Of a stretch of DNA of 64,000 nucleotides, positions 19,845 through 28,878 are shown piece by piece. A program made the position numbers and the translations under genes. Below the pieces are notes generated by a model. That model worked only from the letters and a program-made list of their open reading frames with translations. It did not search any database and was not told the origin of the DNA. The DNA comes from Candidatus Hydrogenedentota bacterium. GTDB lineage: Bacteria > Hydrogenedentota > Hydrogenedentia > Hydrogenedentales > SLHB01. How positions within the stretch are numbered: position 1 is the first letter of the stretch; each line of letters begins with the position of its first letter. The DNA lies in contig BTWA01000009.1 of the NCBI GenBank assembly GCA_045863295.1, positions 96,001 through 160,000 on the forward strand, given 5' to 3'.

Positions 19845-20744
19845 GTGCCAACGTTGTCCAGTTTAGCGGGCCCGCTAATTATGGCGGGAGGTCTTGTATT
19901 GCTTGCGCTTGCAGTCATATTGCTGCAAGATTTGCGGCGCAGGCGCGATCTCATGCCCAAGACAAACCCGGCCAATCCACAAACCGATCTGACGCATATG
20001 CGTTTGCTTATTCAGACCATGCGCGATTTATTGGATCAACAGAAGAGCCTTGCCCACCAATTGAATGCGGCGCTGGATAAGAAGGTGGTCTATATCCGTG
20101 ACAGCGTGGACGCGGCGATGAAAGATCTGGAGATGGTTCGTGGGGTTCTGAAAGAAACGGTGGAATTGGTGGAGCAAGTGCGCCAACGCCCTGAGTTGGG
20201 CGCGGCGCCCGCCAATGTCGCACCGCTGAAACTGCGTGTGCTCGAAAAGGCGGCCGAGCGCGCCGATTCTGAAATTGGGGATGATGCCGCGGGGTCCGTC
20301 CAGGTGATCGCGCTTCCAAAGTCACCGCCGGCGGACGAGGAAGTCCTGAATACGTGGGTTGGTCTCGATTTCCCCGGAGAAGAGCCGGATACCTTTTCAT
20401 TTGTGGATGTGCCTGATCAGGCTCCAGAGGCCCCTGATGATGCGGAAGCCGCGCGCGATGCATTTCGCGCGCTGTTGCTGGATTTTGAATCGACCCACCC
20501 GGAGCGCGAAAAGCGCAAACTTGCCTCTGTGTCAGTGTCGCCTGGGCCCAAGTCGTCCTCCAGTAATGGAGGCAGCCACGGCCCAGCAAACGGGGGTTCG
20601 GCAAAGTCCACGACGCCGGTTCAGTCGCGGGTGTATGAATACAGCGACGCCGGTATGAGCATTGCCCAAATTGCGAAGGAATTGGGCATCGGCAAAGGCG
20701 AGGTCCGGCTCATTTTAAGCCTGCGAAAGGCCAGGGACCGGTAG
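19845..20744 (+). CDS. Membrane-anchored coiled-coil protein with C-terminal HTH (DUF2802/DUF6115-like)
   Basis: N-terminal TM; C-terminal VYEYSDAGMSIAQIAKELGIGKGEVRLILSL. Confidence 0.75.
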   Translation: MPTLSSLAGPLIMAGGLVLLALAVILLQDLRRRRDLMPKTNPANPQTDLTHMRLLIQTMRDLLDQQKSLAHQLNAALDKKVVYIRDSVDAAMKDLEMVRGVLKETVELVEQVRQRPELGAAPANVAPLKLRVLEKAAERADSEIGDDAAGSVQVIALPKSPPADEEVLNTWVGLDFPGEEPDTFSFVDVPDQAPEAPDDAEAARDAFRALLLDFESTHPEREKRKLASVSVSPGPKSSSSNGGSHGPANGGSAKSTTPVQSRVYEYSDAGMSIAQIAKELGIGKGEVRLILSLRKARDR

Positions 20745-20745
20745 C

Positions 20746-22176
20746 ATGGCAGGCCCCGCCGGTGTGTCGCCCACCATCGTGTTGAGTCCGGAGGGAGCTG
20801 CCCTGGCCGCTTGGTTGCGGCCCGGCCTTGAAATCAAAGGCCGCATCGCAGAAAACCCCGCTGGTCTTTCGTTTGTGTCTGGAAGTCGAACTCTTCCGCT
20901 CGGGCCCCAACCCGGTCTAACGGCAGGCCAGAACGTATTGTTGCAGGTGATTCGCGGTGATGCGGGACTGCAATTCAAGCTTTCCATATTGCCGAACACC
21001 GCCAACGCACCCGTTCCTCAATTGCCCATACCACCGGTTCTGATTCCCGTTGCCCAGGATTTGTTTCAAGGTACGGTCCCGGCGACAGTGCAAAAGGATG
21101 CGCAGGGACTTTCGTTGCTGATCCAGGGGCAGCGTGTACCGTTGCCCGCAGGGACGGCGTTCCAGCCCGGTCAGGTCGTGGACGCAAAAGTTGTTATGCA
21201 TTCCGGTCAGGCATTTTTATCCCTGCAGCCGGCATCTTCATCGACAGTGGAGCGCTTGCCGGAAATCATGTTGGCGGTACTGAAGGCGCTGGGGGCGACG
21301 GCAAAGCCGGACGCGGCGCGCGCGATACCTTGGCATGCTGTTCGCGAGAACTCCGCCGCGGTAAGGCAGGTATTGTCGTTGTTCGTGATGCGGCAGCCGT
21401 TGGGCGCCGATCTTCAGCAAGTGGCCGCCTACGTGGCGCAGGGTGTGGAGGCCGGAGTCCTTCCACGCGGCGTGTTGGATGCGCTCACGCAACTGTTGGA
21501 TTTATTCGGCAAAAACGAGCCGGAGGCGTTGGCCGGGGCATTGAAGCAGTGGCGTGGCAGCGCGGACACTCAGTTGGAGACACGCCTTGCACAAGCGCTG
21601 GCGCGCGGACAGGGTGATGCCGCGGTGGAGCTGTTACGCGAGAGCATCCGGGGACATCTTGCCCAAGCACGCAGCCATGACGCATTTACCGCCCTGCTCC
21701 GCGAACGTGGCCAGTTGGATCCATTTGTGGCGGCGGCGGACCGGTTGACGGACCGTCTTGCCGGGGCGGCGCTACAGAATCTTCATGCCACGGACGGCGC
21801 ATATTGGTTCATGGAGTTGCCGTTTAATTCGGAAGGTCCGTTGGAAAGCGCGCAAATTCACGTCATGGGAGATGGACGTAACCGCCGCGAAGTGGACCCG
21901 AGCCAGGCGACAATTGCCATGGACCTGCACTTATCGCAAATCGGCCCTCTCTGGATACAGTTGACGTTTCGCAATGGTGCTTGTTCCTGCCTGTTTCGAT
22001 CGGCCGATTCGGACGTGCTCGACGCGGTTCGAAAACAGTCGGACGAATTGGTGACGGGACTGCGCGAGGCGGGCTATCCCGGCAGCGCCATTCGGACCGA
22101 ACCGTGGGACGAGGATCGCCTTGCGGCGGTGGCAGCGCTCTTCAAGCCCATTGGAGGCGTGAATGCCACCGCGTAG
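20746..22176 (+). CDS. FliK-like hook-length control protein
   Basis: C-terminal DLHLSQIGPLWIQL...L..GL..AGY domain; directly upstream of a FlhB-C-like gene. Confidence 0.6.
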   Translation: MAGPAGVSPTIVLSPEGAALAAWLRPGLEIKGRIAENPAGLSFVSGSRTLPLGPQPGLTAGQNVLLQVIRGDAGLQFKLSILPNTANAPVPQLPIPPVLIPVAQDLFQGTVPATVQKDAQGLSLLIQGQRVPLPAGTAFQPGQVVDAKVVMHSGQAFLSLQPASSSTVERLPEIMLAVLKALGATAKPDAARAIPWHAVRENSAAVRQVLSLFVMRQPLGADLQQVAAYVAQGVEAGVLPRGVLDALTQLLDLFGKNEPEALAGALKQWRGSADTQLETRLAQALARGQGDAAVELLRESIRGHLAQARSHDAFTALLRERGQLDPFVAAADRLTDRLAGAALQNLHATDGAYWFMELPFNSEGPLESAQIHVMGDGRNRREVDPSQATIAMDLHLSQIGPLWIQLTFRNGACSCLFRSADSDVLDAVRKQSDELVTGLREAGYPGSAIRTEPWDEDRLAAVAALFKPIGGVNATA

Positions 22177-22230
22177 CCCACACGGAAGAGGGGTGTCGAG
22201 GGTGCAAGGAATCCTTTGCAGGGAGGGTCT

Positions 22231-22542
22231 ATGAGCGATTCACCACGGCATATCAGCAAGAAGGCGGTGGCGTTGCGCTACGATTTGTCACGTGACTCCG
22301 CCCCCAAAGTGGTGGCTAAAGGCGAGCGGCTGCGTGCGGAGGCCATCATTGCGTTGGCCCGGGAACACGGCGTGCACATACAGGAAGATCCCGATCTGGT
22401 TGCCGTGTTGGGCAAGCTTGATTTGAACACGGAGATTCCGGAGGCGCTGTACCGTGCCGTGGCTGAAGTGCTCGCTTTTGTGTACCGCTTGAATCAGAGT
22501 TTCAGCGGACCGGAAGAGTCATTACCCCGCGTCAAATCTTGA
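22231..22542 (+). CDS. Standalone FlhB cytoplasmic-domain-like protein (EscU/YscU/HrcU family)
   Basis: KAVALRYD...APKVVAKG...EIPEALYRAVAEVLAFVY. Confidence 0.92.
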   Translation: MSDSPRHISKKAVALRYDLSRDSAPKVVAKGERLRAEAIIALAREHGVHIQEDPDLVAVLGKLDLNTEIPEALYRAVAEVLAFVYRLNQSFSGPEESLPRVKS

Positions 22543-23704
22543 TAACCGTTTTGTCTTTCCACAGCCGCCAGGCTATTGCGTACACGACCAGATAGAATAC
22601 AACGAACCCGAGCAAACCTGGAACAATACTGGCCCCGTCATGCTCGAAGCGTTCAGGCAGGTAGCTCCCATTGATGGCAAGCAGCGAGTATTGTACGAGG
22701 TAGATTACGAGGGGATTCAGGCCCAGCACGGTGAGGTGCGGAAACTCGAATTCCTTGATGTCGTTGACCAGATAGAAGAACAGGTACGCGACAAATGCGC
22801 AACTGGTCGCAATGAAGATGAATGGAGGAAGCGACCAACGTTTTGCGAACATCCAGTACTCGCCGAACTGTTGATAGGACTCCCATTGCGGTTTTAAGAG
22901 GGCATACGACGCGAACGCCGCCGCGGCCAACGACACAATGAAGATCAATGACGTCCTCACGATCTTCTTTGAATCGCCTTCTTCCATCAAATCGTAGGCA
23001 ATGGTTCCGCAGAGGAGTACAAACGCGTATGCCAGGGGGCTGAGCGGCCCTCCGTTCATGCTCCGTCCGTTCATCCATTCGTGGTAACCGGTTCCCATAT
23101 ACAATGCGGTGAACAGGGCAAGTGATGCCAAACCAAACGCAAGGCGGATGGCTGCGCTTTTTTCAATGACGAGCAGCACGACGATTCCGGATAAACCTAT
23201 CTGGCACAGCGCGTCCCACCAGTCGATGTGCGCGGCCGGTCCGTAAAAGATGATGCCTAGAAAGACGAGGATAAGGTAGCGCTTGAACGCGGCGAATCGC
23301 GCGGGCCATAGCCCTTCCTTTTCGATGCGCCGTGCAATGGACAACCGGAACCCCATGCCCACAACGAAAACAAACAGCGGCGCGATGGTATCCGCGTAGC
23401 TGAAATTGGTCCGGGTATGTTCGAACCATCCCGGCATCCAATGAAAGTTTCCGAGATAATTGACCGCGATCATGCCAAAGATGGCGTAGCCGCGTAGTTG
23501 ATCAATGGACAAAATGCGTGTTGGCTTCTGCTTCATCGATGGTACGGCCGCGGGTTTCGCGGCCGGTTGGGCCGCCGGACGCGTGTTGTTCTTCGTTGCC
23601 TGGATGGACCGGCCGCACAAGGTGCATTTTCCGGTCGCTCCCAGTTTATCCGCGGGAATTGGCATTTCATGACCGCATTCGCAGGTCAAGAGTATCGTGT
23701 TCAA
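22532..23704 (-). CDS. Heparan-alpha-glucosaminide N-acetyltransferase-like (DUF5009/DUF1624) membrane protein with N-terminal zinc ribbon
   Basis: RILSIDQLRG, SYADTIAPLFVF.VG, LGLNPLVIY; N-terminal CECG...KCTLCG; probable TTG start at 23704 after GGAG. Confidence 0.8.
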   Translation of the reverse strand: MNTILLTCECGHEMPIPADKLGATGKCTLCGRSIQATKNNTRPAAQPAAKPAAVPSMKQKPTRILSIDQLRGYAIFGMIAVNYLGNFHWMPGWFEHTRTNFSYADTIAPLFVFVVGMGFRLSIARRIEKEGLWPARFAAFKRYLILVFLGIIFYGPAAHIDWWDALCQIGLSGIVVLLVIEKSAAIRLAFGLASLALFTALYMGTGYHEWMNGRSMNGGPLSPLAYAFVLLCGTIAYDLMEEGDSKKIVRTSLIFIVSLAAAAFASYALLKPQWESYQQFGEYWMFAKRWSLPPFIFIATSCAFVAYLFFYLVNDIKEFEFPHLTVLGLNPLVIYLVQYSLLAINGSYLPERFEHDGASIVPGLLGFVVFYLVVYAIAWRLWKDKTVIKI

Positions 23705-24033
23705 CGCCTGTACTCCGGGGGACGGTTTAGTGCACCGTGGTGCATGTCCTGGAGGAAAGTCCATGGACGCGCAAGAAGAAATGAAGTATAGCAGGTTGGC
23801 TCCGGGAATGAGAAGCCCATGAACACGCTCAATAGCCCAATCTGGGCACGTTATTCGTAGGGGGTGCGGTCGAGGTTGGCAAGTTTCCGTAGGCGAACTG
23901 GCATGGTTTTCAGCGCCTTGCAGAATTCTTTATAGTATTCCGGTATCTGCAGACGGGGTTCCGCCGGGCGTTGTGGGACTCTGTTCGACCTGTGTCGGGC
24001 ATTCCGCAGTCATTTTCGAACGAGGTACTGGGT

Positions 24034-26616
24034 GTGAGCGAAGAGAAGCAGTTGGAACGTGTCAAAGGGGACGAGACTGCGGCGGAGGCGCCGGTTGCCG
24101 ATGCCACCGTTGCGGACGGGCAGGCGCCATTGACGGATCGCGAGACAAACGAGGCCGCTTTGGAAGAGCGCCTTGCCGAGCCTGTGTTTACGGGGATGGA
24201 AGGTATTGACAAAGCGCAGGTCTGGATTGCGGCGTTTCTTCTAGTGATTGCGGGGGCAATCGCCTTTTCCAATATTTTTGGCGCGGAGTTCTACCTGCCC
24301 GATCGTCAGCAGGTACTGGAGCAGCCCGCGGCCCGTCATTTCACGACGCTTCCCGAGGCACTTGGAAGGGTACCGGGCGGCCCCATCGCGGTGTGGACCT
24401 ACGCGATGCACTGGATAACCGGAGGCGACGCACCCCGGTTTTTGCGCGCGTTCCATTTGACGTTGCATCTCCTGAACGGCGTGCTGGTGTTTTTGCTGTG
24501 CAGGCGTCTGATGCCGAAGGGGACTCCCGAGCCGGTTTCGCTGACCGCGGGTCTCCTGTTCGTGTTGCATCCCGCCAACACCGAGACCGTTATTACGGCG
24601 CTTGGCCGGCCCTATTTGTTGGGCCTGTTCTTTGTTATGAGTTCACTTATTCTGGCCCTTCGCGCGATCGAACATCGCAGAAACCTTTTCAGTGTGGAAG
24701 GCAGCGCCGCAGTTCTGTGCTTTGTGTTGGCGTGGGGGTGTTCGCCTCTGGCGTGGATTGTGCCGCCGATGGCGTTGGTGTTCGACGCTCAGGTAAACCG
24801 GGGTATTCGCAGGCAATCGTGGACTGTGCATGCAAGTTTGTGGGCCGTGGCAATTCTATGCGTGGCGACCGCGTATGCATACCGGCAGACCCTTCCCCAG
24901 GAGATTCCGTTCGACGCAGGGAAAGACGCGTATCCGTTGGAGGCGTATGCACAGGCGGTAACCCAGGGCGTGATGACCAGCATCAGTCCGACGAGCCTTA
25001 GTCCTGTTTATGCGATTCCCGACTCCGATGAATTGACAGCAAACCCCCGTGCGGACATCACGTTGGCACTGTCCCTGATCGTGCCGATGATTCTTGCGGG
25101 CCTTTTTCTCAGCGCACGGCGGATTGCTCCAGGCGTCGCGCTGGTCTGGTTTGGATTGGCCTTTGTTGCGGTAGCGGTCGGGTTCTCACCCGAAAACCCC
25201 TACAGCGATCGATGGGTCTATGGCCCCATCGCGGGCTTGGCGATGATAGTGCCGTGGGTACTGGTTCAGTTGAAGCGCCAACCGAAGGCGCAGCGAATCG
25301 CGGGCGGGGCAATCGCCGTTTTACTGTTGGCGGCGGCCGTGGGCGTATTTCTTCGCAACCAGACGTGGCGTAGCGAGGTCGCGTTGTGGATGGATGCCGC
25401 ATCGAAGTCGCCGGATGCGGCACTTCCCTACCAAGCGTTGGGGGCCATCCACACGGCTCGGGCGGAGGAAGTCCTGATGCATCAAGCCGGGGCTGCCGCG
25501 GGAACCGCGGCCGGAGCGGCCCAACAGCGAGAAGCGGCTGACCGCTTCATGCGTCTTGCGGAGGAAAGGCTTCGTCAGGCCGTGCAGCGCGACGGCGAGC
25601 ATGTACCGTCGCTGCTGAACTCCGGCTTGGTCCATGAGTTTTACCGGCGGTACAGCGAGGCGAGCGAGGTGTACATCCGCGCGTTGCACATTGATCCGGC
25701 GAATCCTCAAATCGCGGCCCGGCTTGGCCGCGCGTATCAAGGGTTGCATGCCGAGACCGGCAATCGGGCCGATTTGCAGCGTGCCGTGGAACATTACGGC
25801 CGTGCCGATCGCTTGAACGGACTCGATAGTACCGGGCGGATTGCCTATTCGTTTTGTCTTCTGGCCATCCGCGATATAGAAAATGCCGCTCGGCAACTCG
25901 ACCTTGCGGCGGGCAACGATCCGGAGTCCCCCGCGGCGAACCAGCTGAAATTTGTCCGGCAGTCCCTGATTCAAATCCGGCAGGACGAAATGAAGGCCAT
26001 GGAGGCGTTGCGCCAGAATCCTTCGGATAGGGCTGGGTTGCTCGGCGAGGCGAGTGTATTGTTTGGCCGGGGACGCGCGCTTCAGGCGTTGTATGTTCTC
26101 AGCGGACTTATGAAGGGGCCTCAGAGCGAACTTGATGCATGGGTACTGATGGGCTTGATCAAAGGATACATGGACGACGAATCGTCGTTTTTGAGTGCGT
26201 ATCAACCCCCGGTGGCGCAGGAAGGCGCCCCTTCTCCATGGACTGTGCTGGCGACAGCGTGTGTACAATCCGATTTGTGGGGGAGTGCGGAGGAGTATCT
26301 GAACGCTTCCGCGTTGCGGCCGGGCGGAGTACAAAAGCCGCTCCTCGTGCTTGCGCAACTGGCACTGCAGCTTCAACAACCGCAGAGGGCGTTGCAGCTT
26401 CTGGATACCGCATCCAATACGTATGCTGACGATCCGCAGCCTTGGCTTATGTTGTGCGACATGGCCATTGCGGGTGGCAATGCGCAAACCGCTGCCCGGT
26501 ATCTTGCGGAAGCGGAGAAGCGGAACGCGAAGCCGGAAGACATCGCGTCCAGGCGCGACAAGGTGGGCACCCAAGCCACACCGGAACAACCGACGTTTGA
26601 TACCATCATCCGCTGA
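24034..26616 (+). CDS. TMTC-like multi-pass membrane protein with C-terminal TPR repeats
   Basis: FHLTLHLLNGVLV, LLFVLHPANTETV, DRWVY.P, RNQTWRSEVALW followed by TPR helices. Confidence 0.85.
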   Translation: MSEEKQLERVKGDETAAEAPVADATVADGQAPLTDRETNEAALEERLAEPVFTGMEGIDKAQVWIAAFLLVIAGAIAFSNIFGAEFYLPDRQQVLEQPAARHFTTLPEALGRVPGGPIAVWTYAMHWITGGDAPRFLRAFHLTLHLLNGVLVFLLCRRLMPKGTPEPVSLTAGLLFVLHPANTETVITALGRPYLLGLFFVMSSLILALRAIEHRRNLFSVEGSAAVLCFVLAWGCSPLAWIVPPMALVFDAQVNRGIRRQSWTVHASLWAVAILCVATAYAYRQTLPQEIPFDAGKDAYPLEAYAQAVTQGVMTSISPTSLSPVYAIPDSDELTANPRADITLALSLIVPMILAGLFLSARRIAPGVALVWFGLAFVAVAVGFSPENPYSDRWVYGPIAGLAMIVPWVLVQLKRQPKAQRIAGGAIAVLLLAAAVGVFLRNQTWRSEVALWMDAASKSPDAALPYQALGAIHTARAEEVLMHQAGAAAGTAAGAAQQREAADRFMRLAEERLRQAVQRDGEHVPSLLNSGLVHEFYRRYSEASEVYIRALHIDPANPQIAARLGRAYQGLHAETGNRADLQRAVEHYGRADRLNGLDSTGRIAYSFCLLAIRDIENAARQLDLAAGNDPESPAANQLKFVRQSLIQIRQDEMKAMEALRQNPSDRAGLLGEASVLFGRGRALQALYVLSGLMKGPQSELDAWVLMGLIKGYMDDESSFLSAYQPPVAQEGAPSPWTVLATACVQSDLWGSAEEYLNASALRPGGVQKPLLVLAQLALQLQQPQRALQLLDTASNTYADDPQPWLMLCDMAIAGGNAQTAARYLAEAEKRNAKPEDIASRRDKVGTQATPEQPTFDTIIR

Positions 26617-26654
26617 CCTGTTGTATGCAGGCCTCAGGGTGGAAAGGGCCGCAC

Positions 26655-27338
26655 ATGGATACCGCCGATCTGCAGACTGTATTGACCCGGTTGTTCGTGG
26701 CGGTTTTGCTTTCGGGACTGTTGGGGTTGGAGCGAGAACGCAGAGGGCGCGCCGCCGGGTTGCGCACGCACATTCTCGTGTGTCTGGGGTCCACCGTGGC
26801 CATGATCATTTCTGAATATTTTGCGCGTGCCCTGCAGGCATCCGGTTCGCCGGTGTGGATGGACCAGGGCCGCGTTGCCGCAGGGATTATTACCGGGATT
26901 GGCTTTCTGGGCGCGGGGACGATCATGACTCACGCGGGCGCGCCACGAGGTCTCACTACGGCGGCCATGGTCTGGTTTGCGGCTATCCTTGGGGTGGGGG
27001 TTGGCGCGGGCTATCTGACTCTTTCGGCCATTGCGACCGCCTTTGCCCTGGCCAGTACGTACGGCCTGGAGCGGCTCGAGAATTTCATCCCTTCACACGA
27101 ACGCATGGCCGTGAAGATGCGAATGAAAGGCGATATGAGCCAGGCCGACGCGGTCGAGAATTACTTTACCGCCCATGGATTTCACGTGCTCCAACATCAG
27201 AGCCACGTTGGCAAGGAAGGCAACCTGATTCAAGTATCGTATGAATTGGGGTGCCGTCAGCGGCCGCGCATTTCGGCATTTGTCAACGACGTTTGTTCGG
27301 CCGTACCCGCCATACAGGAAATCGAAGTGGATTATTGA
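26655..27338 (+). CDS. MgtC/SapB family protein
   Basis: GLERE...AGLRTHILV.LGS, RVAAGIITGIGFLGAG, GLTTAA. Confidence 0.95.
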   Translation: MDTADLQTVLTRLFVAVLLSGLLGLERERRGRAAGLRTHILVCLGSTVAMIISEYFARALQASGSPVWMDQGRVAAGIITGIGFLGAGTIMTHAGAPRGLTTAAMVWFAAILGVGVGAGYLTLSAIATAFALASTYGLERLENFIPSHERMAVKMRMKGDMSQADAVENYFTAHGFHVLQHQSHVGKEGNLIQVSYELGCRQRPRISAFVNDVCSAVPAIQEIEVDY

Positions 27339-27365
27339 CGGCGATTGCCGCGAGGAATCGAGTTC

Positions 27366-28520
27366 ATGCGTTTTTCCGCCTTGTGTCTTTTCGTGCTGGG
27401 TATGACGGCCACCGCGGACCCCACGTATTTCGATCGGGTAAAACGGGTGTTGGAATCCGTCCGCACGGATGTTTCCGCGATGACAGGGCCCGCCGAAGCC
27501 GCAGCTTCGCGTGTGTCGGCTGGCGGCCATCTGTGGGTCGCAGGACACAAGACATTGGTCAGCGAGTTATCGGGCCGTGCGGGCGGCCTCATGTGCGTTC
27601 AAAGCCTTGGCGACGACGCACCCGCGGCCGGCGACGTCGTGATATTCGGGAACGTGGGTAAGGCGCCTTTGCCGGATTCATTGCGCAATTCCGGGGCTCT
27701 GATCGTCGTGTTGGGTGACGAGCCCGTCGGCCCGACCGTTTTCTGCTTGCCTGTGTATGCCAATGAGAACGGCGTTTCCGAGACCTTGGCGAGTACGATA
27801 CCTGCATGGGTATTCACGGGCGAACTGGTGGCAGCGCTGACGCGTCTCGGCACGATGCCGGTCATTTTTGAGACCATTGGCATGCCCGGCGGTGTGCCGC
27901 GCATTCAGAAGTATCAGGCGCAAGGTCTCCTTTTTCACACGGATCGCACGGTGCCGCCCGTGGCGGCCGGTGTAGTAGGACTGGCGTATTGCGACAAGGC
28001 CGTTGGGGCGTTGGATCGCGTGCAGCGCGAGTGCGGCGGCAAGCTGCTTCGAGTGGCGCAATGGGCGGCGGAATCGAAACGAGCGGGCAAGAAGGTCCAC
28101 ATGTACAGCATGGGGCATATGTTTCCGGCGGAGGTGGAAGAGACGGCAATCGGCGGTCTATTTACTTCCACCGCTTACTACTCGGGTTTCAGCTACATCG
28201 ATCAGCCGGCCTATGATTTTGACGACGGTGACACGGTGGTGCATATCGGCTATCAGCACCCGCCGTATGAGCTTCTGGAAAAGGTGGGATCATCGGGGGC
28301 GCGCATTGCCTATGTGGACATTTTGGAGCATCGAGATTATCGCGATAATCAGAATGTGATTTGGATTGACCCGATGTGGATGTGGGCCGATGGGTGCGTC
28401 CGCATCGATGGTTACGATGTGCCGATGCTGCCCTTGTCGGGTGTTATCAACGGCGCTATTGCGTGGGAAATCTACCGGTCCACTTCAGAGTCGCTGGGTG
28501 AATCCGGTGGGGGTAAATAG
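27366..28520 (+). CDS. Secreted protein with two SIS-like (sugar isomerase) modules
   Basis: Signal peptide; AEAAASRVSAGGHLWVAG and VAQWAAESKRAGKKVHMYSMGH resemble SIS_2 N-termini. Confidence 0.55.
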   Translation: MRFSALCLFVLGMTATADPTYFDRVKRVLESVRTDVSAMTGPAEAAASRVSAGGHLWVAGHKTLVSELSGRAGGLMCVQSLGDDAPAAGDVVIFGNVGKAPLPDSLRNSGALIVVLGDEPVGPTVFCLPVYANENGVSETLASTIPAWVFTGELVAALTRLGTMPVIFETIGMPGGVPRIQKYQAQGLLFHTDRTVPPVAAGVVGLAYCDKAVGALDRVQRECGGKLLRVAQWAAESKRAGKKVHMYSMGHMFPAEVEETAIGGLFTSTAYYSGFSYIDQPAYDFDDGDTVVHIGYQHPPYELLEKVGSSGARIAYVDILEHRDYRDNQNVIWIDPMWMWADGCVRIDGYDVPMLPLSGVINGAIAWEIYRSTSESLGESGGGK

Positions 28521-28659
28521 GGGTCTAAACCGGCAGTTCAATCCTTGCAAACCGATGCCGGCTGCCACCCAAGGCCGATGGCGTGTCGTGGCATGTAACA
28601 AACTCTTGTCAGCCCGGTACTAATGTACGGTTCTTAGGGCAACAAGGAGGAACGTTACC

Positions 28660-28785
28660 ATGCCTTTCGATCTCACGGCGATAGTGACTCAGATTATTGG
28701 AATTCTCATTGGCCTGTTGCTTCCGGCTCTGGAATCCCTCGGCATTCCGACGGAATTCCTGGAAGCGTTTTTGCCGAAGGCTTAG
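28660..28785 (+). CDS. Small hydrophobic/amphipathic peptide, 41 aa (MPFDLTAIVTQIIGILIGLLLPALESLGIPTEFLEAFLPKA)
   Basis: Below the ORF-track cutoff; AAGGAGG 9 nt before ATG; followed by a strong intrinsic terminator. Confidence 0.75.
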   Translation: MPFDLTAIVTQIIGILIGLLLPALESLGIPTEFLEAFLPKA

Positions 28786-28828
28786 TCTTCGCCTGGACCG
28801 GGGGTAGTACCGGTTCAACCAGTTTTAC

Positions 28829-28878
28829 AGTCCGTCTGGTGTGCACTTTAACAGCGCACCAGACGGACTTGTTTTTTT
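28829..28878 (+). terminator. Intrinsic terminator of the small-peptide gene
   Basis: 16-bp stem AGTCCGTCTGGTGTGC/GCGCACCAGACGGACT followed by TGTTTTTTT; overlaps the 3' end of the convergent gene. Confidence 0.85.

Noticed and set aside
28521..28590. Possible sigma28 promoter (TAAA...GCCGAT) for the small peptide
   Set aside because: Spacing between the candidate elements does not match TAAA-N15-GCCGATAA.
28609..28818. 69-aa minus-strand ORF in the track
   Set aside because: Antisense to the 41-aa ORF, which has the RBS and a correctly oriented terminator.
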